From NCBI GenBank assembly GCA_041483895.1, contig JBGPGO010000012.1, forward strand, positions 32,001-96,000: a stretch of DNA of 64,000 nt, written 5' to 3'. Every line of letters begins with the position of its first letter. The stretch's first letter is position 1. Source of the stretch: Fimbriimonadia bacterium (lineage in GTDB: Bacteria; Armatimonadota; Fimbriimonadia; Fimbriimonadales; JABRVX01). The notes beneath the pieces are model-generated. The model did no database searches. It was not told the DNA's origin and was given only the letters and a program-made list of their open reading frames with translations. Positions 49,381 to 58,706 of the stretch are shown one piece after another. A program made the position numbers and the translations under genes.

Positions 49381-50106
49381 TCACTCGAAAGCCGTGCCAG
49401 TCGCATGTGCCTCCCGCGACATCAGTGCTTTTTCAAACTCCCTTGGCTCTGACCGTGGGATATTCTGCTCCAGTTTCTGAAGCGGTTCGTACTGAGGGTC
49501 CTTAATTGTGTTCAAGTAGGCGCGACGAGCAGTGGCAGCTTCGATAAACGTGAAATGCTCGTTTCCCGAAGACACTTTCATCGCCTCGACGCAATCAAAC
49601 ATTGTGCAGCCCTTAGCAAATAAATGATAGAAGGTGGCAAATCCGATATTTGTTTCGCTCCACGTTGGTTCCTCGTTGTTGCCTACTACACCCCTAAATG
49701 GGTACTCGTCGTCATCCATAGCCATCTTGCAGCCTGCGGCTCCTTTGCACGTAGACATGCAAAGGATGAACCCCCCTTGATCTTTCAGGATCTGGTTAAC
49801 TGGCTGAAGAAACTTACGGAGTGTCTCCCACGTAACGACCTCGCCGCTCGTCAATTGGATGCCTTCGTCATCTCCGTGAGCACTGATGTGGATGATAGGT
49901 GGATTCTTGACTGCCCCAAAATGCTCAACGAGACCGACGTGAAAAGCTGCCGTAAATGCCGAGTAGCTAACGGCCAGACAATGCGACGCAGGTATCTGCG
50001 AGAGTTCCAGAGTGGCTCGCAAGGCCTCACCCTCGAACCTCTTATGATACAAGTCGACGGGACTCGGCGATTCAATGATGTAAACGTGAAACTTCCGTGT
50101 TGTCAC
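49381..50106 (-). CDS. Hypothetical protein with a CHAT/caspase-like His-Cys dyad
   Basis: IIHISAHG...LCMSTC; GTG start behind an AGGAGG RBS. Confidence 0.6.
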   Translation of the reverse strand: MTTRKFHVYIIESPSPVDLYHKRFEGEALRATLELSQIPASHCLAVSYSAFTAAFHVGLVEHFGAVKNPPIIHISAHGDDEGIQLTSGEVVTWETLRKFLQPVNQILKDQGGFILCMSTCKGAAGCKMAMDDDEYPFRGVVGNNEEPTWSETNIGFATFYHLFAKGCTMFDCVEAMKVSSGNEHFTFIEAATARRAYLNTIKDPQYEPLQKLEQNIPRSEPREFEKALMSREAHATGTAFE

Positions 50107-50172
50107 GGAGCGCCTCCTAATGACGCTGCAACCACCGATGAGTATACCAGCCGCACCGAGACTAGCTGGCCA

Positions 50173-50340
50173 GTAGCCGCAGGTTCTCATGGCAATCACG
50201 TCGGAGCGCCGACCTCAAAACCTGCGAGTGATACCACCGAAAGTGCCAATACCGACGGACATCGGCAATCGGGAGGTGGTCACGCGCAGGTTTTGTTGGG
50301 TGGCGGATGAGACGGTATCGGCACGAGAACCTGCGGCTAC
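50173..50340. repeat. Long-loop GTAG inverted doublet
   Basis: GTAGCCGCAGGTT...AACCTGCG and CGCAGGTT...AACCTGCGGCTAC. Confidence 0.85.
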
Positions 50341-51050
50341 GAAAGACGAAGTCGCTCGAAGATTTGAAAAATCTGCGACATTGAGGCTTGCATCGCCTCC
50401 GTCACTTCGCCGTGGGTGAGTTCGCCCTGCGAGAGGCCGGCGGCGAGGTTGGTGACCGCGCAGACGACGGCATACTTGATGCCCGCCTCGTGCATCACGA
50501 CGGCCTCCGATCCGGCCGTCATCCCGATCACATCCCCGCCCAAGGTCCGCATCGCCCGAATCTCGGCGGGGGACTCGAATCGCGGGCCGTTCGCGTTCAC
50601 ATATACCGCGCCATCGTGCAGCGTCAGCGGCGGAGCGGCGGCCAACAATGCTGCGCGAAGCTCCGGATCGAAGGGATGAGTGAAGTCGGTATGCACCACC
50701 TCGTCGGGGTACATCGTCAGGTTGCGGGCGGAGAGATCGAGGATGTCGATGGGAAGTGCGAGAGTTCCGGCGGGCCAGTCCTCCCGCAGGCTGCCGACCG
50801 CGGCGGTCCCCACACACTGCGGGCAGCCCAGCAACCGGAGCGCCTCGGCAAAGGCCCGGTATTCGACCTTGTGCGGCGGGGTATGGTGACCTGCGCAGTG
50901 GCGCGAGACGAGCAGAACGTCCGCACCTCCCAGCTTCGTCGCGAGCATCTTCGCGACCCCAAACCGGGTCGGCACCGACATCCTCTTGCCGGATGTCACC
51001 GCACCTGAAGCCCCGGTGCCCGCGATGATCGCCAATCGCCATTTGCCCAT
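50337..51050 (-). CDS. mtnP: MTAP-family purine nucleoside phosphorylase
   Basis: RH...H..PPH, AVGSL, GPRFESPAE, IGMT and VTNLAAG motifs. Confidence 0.88.
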   Translation of the reverse strand: MGKWRLAIIAGTGASGAVTSGKRMSVPTRFGVAKMLATKLGGADVLLVSRHCAGHHTPPHKVEYRAFAEALRLLGCPQCVGTAAVGSLREDWPAGTLALPIDILDLSARNLTMYPDEVVHTDFTHPFDPELRAALLAAAPPLTLHDGAVYVNANGPRFESPAEIRAMRTLGGDVIGMTAGSEAVVMHEAGIKYAVVCAVTNLAAGLSQGELTHGEVTEAMQASMSQIFQIFERLRLS

Positions 51051-51152
51051 GTCGGCGGGATATTACCATTCGATCCTCGGGCTTCGGGTAGTAGGTTAAG
51101 ATAGGCGGTCGGCAGCCGGGCCAGCGGTTACAGGGGTGGTAGGCGGGCGTTA

Positions 51153-51207
51153 CGCGGGCCTTGGCGGTCGGAAATCGAGAGGAATCGGAAAGACGGCCCG
51201 CGTCTAC
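51153..51207 (-). repeat. Single long-loop GTAG element
   Basis: CGCGGGCC-34 nt-GGCCCGCGTCTAC. Confidence 0.78.
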
Positions 51208-51274
51208 CGTGCGGTCATTTTTGGAAGTCTTCAGGACGGCCCGGGACTACTGCAGGGTATAAACCGGGCGCGAT

Positions 51275-51673
51275 ATGGAGCCAACCTTGTGCATGGAGCT
51301 GATGCGGGTGCACGTCCCGACGCTAACACCGTCTTCCACTTTGCGAGACGCGGTGGACAAGATGGACCTGTACCAGGTGTCGGGTCTGCCGGTGGTGGAC
51401 GAGGAGGGACTGGTGGTCGGGATGGTGACTCGGACGCCGGTGATCGACGCGCTGCTGCAGGACATCTCTTGCGCTGCCGGCCCGGTGTCCGCGCTGATGG
51501 CGACCCCAATCACTGTGGGCGAAACGGATCAGGCGGCGGATGCGCTGCGGATGATGGTGGAAAAAGACATACAGATGGTGGCCGTTGTGAGCGGCGGGCA
51601 GATGGCGGGCACGCTGACACGGGTGGATATATTGCAGGCGATGCTAGCGGCGGATAAAGACCAGCTTGCTTGA
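51275..51673 (+). CDS. CBS-domain pair protein
   Basis: SGLPVVDEEG.VVGMVT and a second CBS repeat. Confidence 0.88.
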   Translation: MEPTLCMELMRVHVPTLTPSSTLRDAVDKMDLYQVSGLPVVDEEGLVVGMVTRTPVIDALLQDISCAAGPVSALMATPITVGETDQAADALRMMVEKDIQMVAVVSGGQMAGTLTRVDILQAMLAADKDQLA

Positions 51674-52321
51674 CCACTTGGGGTTAATAAGGCGGTCTTG
51701 GTTGACGCCGCCGCGTGACCTGGCGGAATGGATGAAGTTGCCGTTCCCGACATAGATGCCGGCATGGGTTATGCGCGTCATGGTCTTGTCCGCGAAATAC
51801 AGTCGGTCGCCCGGCTGGAGGTCTTTCGGCTCAACGGCCTGACCTACCAACGCCTGGGCGGCGGCGGTTCTCGGCAGGTTAATGCCCTTCAACTTATACA
51901 GTTGCTTTACAAACCCGGAACAATCAATACCCCGATTCATGTCGTTCCCGCCCCAAACATATGGGGTTCCGATGTGCTGCTCCGCGATTTCGATCATCCG
52001 ACCGGAAGCTCCGCGAGACGCAAGATCCGGCTGATCTGTCGATAGAATGGCATCGTTCTCGGTAATCTCGAGGAAGTCCAGCTTGATCCAGCCTGTGGCG
52101 CCGTTCTCCATCAGCACGCCGGCCCACGGCTCCTCGACGGTCTTGACAACCAACTTTAGCCCTGGGGTCACGAAGAAATATTTCTTGCTCGAAGAGCTCT
52201 TTCCGGCAAAAACACTGGCGCCCTTGGTCACCTCCGCCACGCGGCCCAATATCTTCTGCTGCGAGTATCCCGCAGCCACCAGAGCCAAGATTGATAACTT
52301 TACAAACAGAAACCTTAACAT
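51644..52321 (-). CDS. NlpC/P60 (C40) peptidase with an SH3-like domain
   Basis: GTPYVWGG...DCSGFV, LPRTA and HAGIY...FIHS motifs. Confidence 0.92.
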   Translation of the reverse strand: MLRFLFVKLSILALVAAGYSQQKILGRVAEVTKGASVFAGKSSSSKKYFFVTPGLKLVVKTVEEPWAGVLMENGATGWIKLDFLEITENDAILSTDQPDLASRGASGRMIEIAEQHIGTPYVWGGNDMNRGIDCSGFVKQLYKLKGINLPRTAAAQALVGQAVEPKDLQPGDRLYFADKTMTRITHAGIYVGNGNFIHSARSRGGVNQDRLINPKWSSKLVFIRR

Positions 52322-52330
52322 ATCGCCTCG

Positions 52331-53407
52331 TTAGACCTTTAGATTGACCGGCTCTTCCTTCCCTGATTCCGAGCTTTTGTACAATGCGTCGAAGATGCCG
52401 TTAAGGATCAGCCCTTGCTCGCCCGGCACCACGGACTTCTTTCCGTGTCGGATGCTATCCACGAAGGTGGCGATTTCGACATCGTAAGGGCTATGCTTCG
52501 GCAAAAATGCCGGCATCATGTCGAACAGGGCGCCATCCTCTTCCCCGTATATTTCGACGTGCGGCTCGTCCAATGTGTTCACACGAATTCCCGCACGCTC
52601 CCCCATAATCTCCGAAACCATGATGTCATTCTTGATATTGGCGCAAAAGCTGCTCTCCAACACCACGACAGCCCCGTTATTGAACCGGATATGGCCCACC
52701 GCAAAGTCTTCTACTGTGAAGTCTTTGTAATTCCACTGACCCATTAGGCCTATCACATCGCTGCGCTTGCCGAATTTCTGAAAGGCCCGGCCGGAGGCGC
52801 TGACCGGCTTGGGATAGCCCATGAGGAAAAGGGTGAGGTCCAGGATGTGGACGCCGATGTCCACCAATGGTCCGCCGCCCTGCTTTTCCTTATCGTAGAA
52901 GACCCCCCAGCCGGGAATGCCGCGCCGCCGAAGGGCCTGCGCGCGGGCGTAGTAGACGTTGCCCAGCTTGCCGGCGTCGATGAAGCGCTTTAGGTATTGA
53001 GAGTAGCCGCTGAAGCGGTATTGGAGCGCCACCTGCAGGATTTTGCCGCTGTCAGCCGCGGCTTTGACCATCTTGCGGGATTCGTCGCCGTTTCGGGAGA
53101 GCGGCTTCTCACAAATCACATGCTTGCCCGCTTTGAGCGCGGCGATGGTCGGCTCCATGTGGAAATAGTTGGGGACGCAGATGCTGACGGCTTCGACGTC
53201 CGGGTCTTTGAGCAGGTCCTTATAGTTCGAGTAGGTTTTCGGGATATTGAATTTTTCGGCGGCCTTGCCGAGGGCTTCCGGGTTGATATCCGCGGCTGCG
53301 ACGATGCTGCATTCTCTTTCCAGCTTCGAGTAGCCGGGCATATGCGCATAGTTCGCGATCATCCCTGTTCCGATAATGCCGATTCCGACCTTCTTCCGTG
53401 TTGCCAA
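52331..53407 (-). CDS. Gfo/Idh/MocA-family oxidoreductase
   Basis: GIIGTG, CEKP and GGGPLVDIGVH motifs. Confidence 0.92.
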   Translation of the reverse strand: MATRKKVGIGIIGTGMIANYAHMPGYSKLERECSIVAAADINPEALGKAAEKFNIPKTYSNYKDLLKDPDVEAVSICVPNYFHMEPTIAALKAGKHVICEKPLSRNGDESRKMVKAAADSGKILQVALQYRFSGYSQYLKRFIDAGKLGNVYYARAQALRRRGIPGWGVFYDKEKQGGGPLVDIGVHILDLTLFLMGYPKPVSASGRAFQKFGKRSDVIGLMGQWNYKDFTVEDFAVGHIRFNNGAVVVLESSFCANIKNDIMVSEIMGERAGIRVNTLDEPHVEIYGEEDGALFDMMPAFLPKHSPYDVEIATFVDSIRHGKKSVVPGEQGLILNGIFDALYKSSESGKEEPVNLKV

Positions 53408-53454
53408 AGCGTTGGACTCCTTTCCGAATCGAACGTTGGAGAATACCCTAGACT

Positions 53455-53468
53455 GTGAATATTTTCAC
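53455..53468. promoter_or_regulatory. Palindromic operator-like site (second copy at 55338-55351)
   Basis: GTGAATATTTTCAC, identical in both duplicated upstream regions. Confidence 0.45.
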
Positions 53469-53545
53469 TTGCTTGGCATTTTGACCATTTCCGATTTATA
53501 ATGTAGGCGGTGTAGAAAAGCAAATTCCGCAAGGAAGGTGTAGGC

Positions 53546-55177
53546 ATGGCCATCACTTTGCGGATCGGTCGGGCATTTGTGTGGTGGAGCATACTCTCGG
53601 TCGTCAACTGCTCGTTTGCCGCGAACCCATCGATCCGATTCGAAAACGTAGCTGCCGCTGCGGGTCTCACATTGGACGGACCCGGCGGCAGTGGAACAGC
53701 GATCGGCGACTACAATCGCGACGGCTGGCTCGACATACTGTTTGTCGGCGATCCAAATCGCGGTCCGCATCTGTTTCGCAACAACGGCGACGGCACGTTC
53801 ACGAATGTTACAGCATCAGTTCTGCCCAACGACATGCCGAATGGCACGACCGCACTTTTTGTCGATCTTAACAATGACGGATACCCCGACATCGCGCTGG
53901 CGCGATGGTATGGGGATCGAAACGACACCGGATTTCATACTCTGATCAATCACGGCGGTGTCTATTTCGAGAACGGTGTTCTGCCGGAGAATATCGCCCG
54001 CGACCCCACGTGGACCGGCGGGATGGCCGCGTTCGACGTTGACAACGACGGCTACTTGGACATCGTTCTGCTGCATTATGAGGGCCCGACGTTTTATCTT
54101 CGCAATTTGGAGGGACTCGGTTTCGCCGATGAGACGCCACTGTTCGGGGCTGGGTTAGGCGGCAATCGAGCCAACTGGTCCTGCGTATTCGCCGATTTCA
54201 ACAACGATCATCTGACGGACATGCACGTTGCAATCGATCACGATGTCGACTATCAGTGCCGCAATTTGGGAAACGGCACATTCAAGGATGTTAGTCGGGA
54301 AGCCGGGGTCAGCAACGTCGGCTCGGACATGGGGCTGGCGATCGGAGACATCGACAATGATGGCGATTTAGATATCTATTCAACAAACATCGGCTTTCAT
54401 GTCCTGTATGTGAATAATGGTATGGGCGTGTTTATGGACGAGGCCGCGAACCGCGGAGTGCGGGACAACAAGGGCGGCCTGGAACTTGCTTGGGGGACCG
54501 TGTTTGGAGACTTCGATCACGACGGCGATTTGGATCTCACTTACGTCGCAATATCGCCCTATGGTTCGGTGTTCGAGAATAATGGGAAAGGGTATTTTGC
54601 CGACGTGACATCCATGGCGGGAGTCAATACGCTTGGAATCGCGGAGGCGATGTTCGATTACGACAACGACGGCGCGTTGGACCTGTTGATCATCGGCACC
54701 GACAAGGCGCCAAAGCTGTACCACAACGTCTCCCCAGGTCTCATGGGGAACCATTGGTTGGGGGTGGGTCTGGAAGGGACGATCTCGAATCGAGCGGGAA
54801 CCGGGGCGCGTGTCGAAGTTACGGCGGGTCAGACGACGATGATTCGGGAGATCATGGCCGGCGACTCGTTCTGGACCGGCAATCCTCAAACCGCGAATTT
54901 TGGGCTGGGCGGCGCGACCTCTGCCAAGACCGTCAAAGTGTATTGGCCGTCGGGGATCGTCCAGAAGATACGAAACGTCCCGGCCGACCAATACATCACG
55001 ATTGTGGAGCCGAAGAACCCCGATCTCACGGGGGACAAGGCGGTCGACATGAAGGACATCAACCTGGTATTTCTATCATTTGAATGGGATGACGGCGGCG
55101 ATGTGAACGGAGACGGCATCACGGATCTGGTCGACCTCGATCTTCTCTTACAGGTCTACGGCAGCATCTTGCGGTAG
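53546..55177 (+). CDS. CRTAC1/ASPIC-UnbV FG-GAP protein with a dockerin-like tail (copy 1)
   Basis: Repeated DxDNDGxLD motifs, SNR.G.GARV, FGLG...WPSG and C-terminal DVNGDGITDLVD. Confidence 0.88.
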   Translation: MAITLRIGRAFVWWSILSVVNCSFAANPSIRFENVAAAAGLTLDGPGGSGTAIGDYNRDGWLDILFVGDPNRGPHLFRNNGDGTFTNVTASVLPNDMPNGTTALFVDLNNDGYPDIALARWYGDRNDTGFHTLINHGGVYFENGVLPENIARDPTWTGGMAAFDVDNDGYLDIVLLHYEGPTFYLRNLEGLGFADETPLFGAGLGGNRANWSCVFADFNNDHLTDMHVAIDHDVDYQCRNLGNGTFKDVSREAGVSNVGSDMGLAIGDIDNDGDLDIYSTNIGFHVLYVNNGMGVFMDEAANRGVRDNKGGLELAWGTVFGDFDHDGDLDLTYVAISPYGSVFENNGKGYFADVTSMAGVNTLGIAEAMFDYDNDGALDLLIIGTDKAPKLYHNVSPGLMGNHWLGVGLEGTISNRAGTGARVEVTAGQTTMIREIMAGDSFWTGNPQTANFGLGGATSAKTVKVYWPSGIVQKIRNVPADQYITIVEPKNPDLTGDKAVDMKDINLVFLSFEWDDGGDVNGDGITDLVDLDLLLQVYGSILR

Positions 55178-55178
55178 G

Positions 55179-55290
55179 GCCCTCGCCCACAATCCATCGC
55201 TGTTGATTGCCGACGGGTAATCTGGACTCCGATACGAGCTAGGGCATTATTCAATTGATGCCGATTTTGGCCTTCCGACGTGTTGCCAAA
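55179..55290. pseudogene. Duplication scar: internal ftsE fragment (+) fused to the 5' end of the Gfo/Idh/MocA gene (-)
   Basis: 55179-55257 matches ftsE 57569-57655 with an 8-nt deletion; 55257-55290 matches about 53375-53408. Confidence 0.85.
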
Positions 55291-55422
55291 GCGTGGGACT
55301 CCTTTCCGAAAGGGCCAGCTTCAGGATGCCCCAGTTTGTGAATATTTTCACTTGTTTGGCATTTTGATCGATTCCATATTATGATGAACGCGAAAAGCAA
55401 GTTCCGCAAGGAAGGTGTTGAC

Positions 55423-57054
55423 ATGGCTTTCCCTCCGCGGATCGGCCGGTCGTTCGTGTGCTGGGGCATTTTGTTGGTTATCAATTGCTCGTGTGTTGCG
55501 AATCAGTCGATCCGATTTGAAGACGTAGCCGCCGCCGCTGGTCTCACGTTGGAAGGATCCGGTGGGTCCGGCATAGCGATCGGCGACTACAATCGTGACG
55601 GTCTGCTTGACGTTCTTTTTGTCGGCGACGCCAATCGAGGCCCGCAGTTATATCGGAACAATGGGGTCGGCACGTTCACCAATGTCACGGCTTCCGTACT
55701 TCCCAGCGACATTCCGAATGGCACGACGGCGCTCTTTGTCGATCTCAACAATGACGGATATCAGGACATCGCGATGGCTCGCTGGTATGGCGATAGCTGC
55801 AACATTGGATTCAGCTATCTGATCAATCACGGCGGCGCATATTTCGAAAATGGGATTCTTTCTGAAAATATCGGCCGGGCCCCGATGTGTGCCGGCGGAA
55901 TTGCCGCGTGCGATGTGGACAGTGACGGCTACCTGGATATCGTCCTGGTGCATAAGGACGGCCCTGGAGTCTATCTTCACAATTTGGGAGGCATGGGCTT
56001 TGCCGATGAGACGCCGTTATTCGGGGCGGGGCTCGGCAACACGCGGGTATCTTGGTCTTGCGTGTTTGCCGATTTCAACAATGATCATCTATCCGACATG
56101 CATGTCGCGATCGACGGCGCTGCCGACTATCAGTGCCGCAACTTGGGTAACGGCACTTTCAAGGATGTCAGTCGGGAAGCTGGTGTCGGCAACGTCGGCT
56201 CGGATATGGGATTGGCGGTCGGGGACATTGATAACGATGGCGATCTTGACATCTTCTCCACCAATATCAGCATCCAGGTCCTGTATATCAACAATGGCCA
56301 CGGAGTGTTCAAGAACGAGGCCGCAAGCCGCGGAGTGAAGGATAACAAAGGCGGATTGGACGTAGGTTGGGGGACCGTGTTTGGAGACTTCGATCACGAT
56401 GGCGACCTGGACCTGATTTTTGTCGCCATTTCATCGCCGGGCTCCGTATACGAAAATAACGCTCTAGGATATTTCACCGATGTGACTGACATGTCCGGGG
56501 TTAAGACAATGGGGCTCAGCATGGCGGCGTTTGATTATGATAATGATGGCGCGCTCGACCTCTTGATCACCGGCGTGGACGATGTGCCAAAGCTATACCA
56601 CAACGTTTCCCCCGCACTGATTGAAAGTCATTGGCTCGGAGTGAGCCTAGATGGAAACATCTCGAATCGCCAGGGTGTCGGGGCGCGTGTCGAGGTCACA
56701 GCCGGGCAGAACAGGATGATTCGGGAGTTGATGGCCGGTGACTCGTTCTGGACCGGTAATCCTCAAATCGCGAACTTCGGCCTGGACAGCGCGACCTTCG
56801 CGAACACCGTCAAAGTGTATTGGCCGTCGGGGATCGTCCAGACGATACGAGACGTTCCGGCCGACCAATACATTACGATTGTTGAGCCGATGAACCCCGA
56901 TCTTACGGGGGACAAGGTGGTCGACATGAAGGATATCAACCAGGTATTTCTGTCGTTTGAATGCGATGACGGCGGCGATGTGAACGGAGACGGCATCACC
57001 GATCTGGTCGACCTTGATCTTCTCTTACAAGTTTACGGCAGCATCTTGCGGTAG
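55423..57054 (+). CDS. CRTAC1/ASPIC-UnbV FG-GAP protein with a dockerin-like tail (copy 2)
   Basis: Colinear paralogue of 53546-55177 with the same length when started at 55423. Confidence 0.88.
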   Translation: MAFPPRIGRSFVCWGILLVINCSCVANQSIRFEDVAAAAGLTLEGSGGSGIAIGDYNRDGLLDVLFVGDANRGPQLYRNNGVGTFTNVTASVLPSDIPNGTTALFVDLNNDGYQDIAMARWYGDSCNIGFSYLINHGGAYFENGILSENIGRAPMCAGGIAACDVDSDGYLDIVLVHKDGPGVYLHNLGGMGFADETPLFGAGLGNTRVSWSCVFADFNNDHLSDMHVAIDGAADYQCRNLGNGTFKDVSREAGVGNVGSDMGLAVGDIDNDGDLDIFSTNISIQVLYINNGHGVFKNEAASRGVKDNKGGLDVGWGTVFGDFDHDGDLDLIFVAISSPGSVYENNALGYFTDVTDMSGVKTMGLSMAAFDYDNDGALDLLITGVDDVPKLYHNVSPALIESHWLGVSLDGNISNRQGVGARVEVTAGQNRMIRELMAGDSFWTGNPQIANFGLDSATFANTVKVYWPSGIVQTIRDVPADQYITIVEPMNPDLTGDKVVDMKDINQVFLSFECDDGGDVNGDGITDLVDLDLLLQVYGSILR

Positions 57055-57118
57055 GGCCGAAGCCGGACTCTTTGCAGGAACCCTCGCGTCTGCGTGAAAA
57101 GGGTAAGTTATAAAGCGT

Positions 57119-57838
57119 ATGGTGGAGTTCGACAACGCAGGAGTAACCTACCCTAACGGAGTAGCGGCGGTGGCACGGGTTTCATTGCGAGTTGGCCCGG
57201 GCGAGTTCGTGTTTCTGACCGGGACGACCGGGGCGGGAAAATCCACCCTTCTGAAGCTGATTTACGCGGAGGTGCGGCCGACCGAGGGTCGCGTAATTGT
57301 CGGGGATAGGGTCGTCAACGAGCTACGGCCTCGTGAAATCCCGGCGTTGCGGCGGTCGATGGGAGTCGTACCGCAGGACTTCGCACTGCTCCCGAACAAG
57401 CGCGTGTGGGAAAACGTCGCGTATGCGCTGCGGGTCGTCGGGATGTCCAGACGGGAGATTCGGCGTCGGGTGCCGGACGTCATCGAGCGCGTCGGCCTGA
57501 TTCATCGCATTGAGAGCTTCCCCAATCAGCTATCCGGCGGCGAAGCGCAACGGGCGGCGATCGCGCGTGCCCTCGCCCACAATCCATCGCTCTTGATTGC
57601 AGACGAGCCGACGGGCAATCTGGACTCCGAAACGAGCTGGGGCATTATTCAACTGCTGGACCAAATCAACGCGCGGGGCGCAACGGTGATCGTCGCAAGC
57701 CATGACGAAGCGGTGATACGGCGGATCGGCAAGCGCGAGGTCCGAATTGAACAGGGTGAGGTCGTCTCCGACACGCGGCCTCCCGAAATGCGAGCGGTCG
57801 TTCAGATGGAGGTGGTTGAGCCTGTTCGATCGAATTGA
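57119..57838 (+). CDS. ftsE: Cell-division ATP-binding protein FtsE
   Basis: [19 protein letters not shown] and ADEPTGNLD motifs; upstream of ftsX. Confidence 0.92.
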   Translation: MVEFDNAGVTYPNGVAAVARVSLRVGPGEFVFLTGTTGAGKSTLLKLIYAEVRPTEGRVIVGDRVVNELRPREIPALRRSMGVVPQDFALLPNKRVWENVAYALRVVGMSRREIRRRVPDVIERVGLIHRIESFPNQLSGGEAQRAAIARALAHNPSLLIADEPTGNLDSETSWGIIQLLDQINARGATVIVASHDEAVIRRIGKREVRIEQGEVVSDTRPPEMRAVVQMEVVEPVRSN

Positions 57839-58706
57839 ATTCATGCTTTCCGAGAGCTGCCAGGCGTTGATGCGCAACAAGCTCATGACGTTGGCGGCCA
57901 TCACCACCGCCGGCGTCTCGCTCCTCCTGCTCGGCGGGTTCCTGATCGGCTGGCTGGAGGTGGAGCGACAGGTGTCAACTCTTCCGGATAAGTTCGAATT
58001 GCGCGTATTTTTGCGGGATGACGTAACCCAAGAAGACACCGCGGCGATTCGGACGCGACTTACCGCCATGCCGGAATTGAACACCGTGCGATTTGTTCCG
58101 AAGGCCGAAGGTTGGAAGAAGCTCCAATCCCAATACGATAAAGAGTTGACGGCCGATATGCCGAATCCGGTGCCCGACAGCTTTGTCGTCAAATTGAAAG
58201 ACCTGCAATATGGCGACGACGTGGCGCAACGAATTCGGGAGATGCCGGAAGTGGATCACCAGGGAGTCGTCTATCTGAAAGAAGAACAGCGTCAGGTGAT
58301 GGCGTTCATGCGCTTTGTCCGCACCCTCGGGTTTTGCATCACGGGGGCGCTCATGTTCAGCACGGCCGTACTCATCTTCAACACCATTCGCCTCACAGTG
58401 ATCGCGCGGCGGCGCGAAATCCGAGTCATGAAGCTGGTCGGCGGCTCGGAGGCTACGATTCGGACCCCATTTCTCTTAGAAGCGATGTTTCACGGCGGGC
58501 TTGGAGGGCTGTTCGGCGCGGTCGCCTTGTGGTTCGCGGGCGGTACAATCTCGGAGTATCTGCCCGGTTTCGTCCGAAAGCCGGGGGAGATCACTTCCTT
58601 CCTGTTGATCGTAGTCGCCATGATGGCGGCCGGCACGACATTTGGGTTGCTTTGCGGCATATTCGGAACACGGAGGTTCCTGCGTGATGAACAGCCGGCT
58701 ACTTAG
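57816..58706 (+). CDS. ftsX: Cell-division permease FtsX
   Basis: RNKLMT, NPVPDSF and NTIRLTV.ARRREI.VMKLVG...PFLLE motifs. Confidence 0.92.
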   Translation: MSLFDRIEFMLSESCQALMRNKLMTLAAITTAGVSLLLLGGFLIGWLEVERQVSTLPDKFELRVFLRDDVTQEDTAAIRTRLTAMPELNTVRFVPKAEGWKKLQSQYDKELTADMPNPVPDSFVVKLKDLQYGDDVAQRIREMPEVDHQGVVYLKEEQRQVMAFMRFVRTLGFCITGALMFSTAVLIFNTIRLTVIARRREIRVMKLVGGSEATIRTPFLLEAMFHGGLGGLFGAVALWFAGGTISEYLPGFVRKPGEITSFLLIVVAMMAAGTTFGLLCGIFGTRRFLRDEQPAT

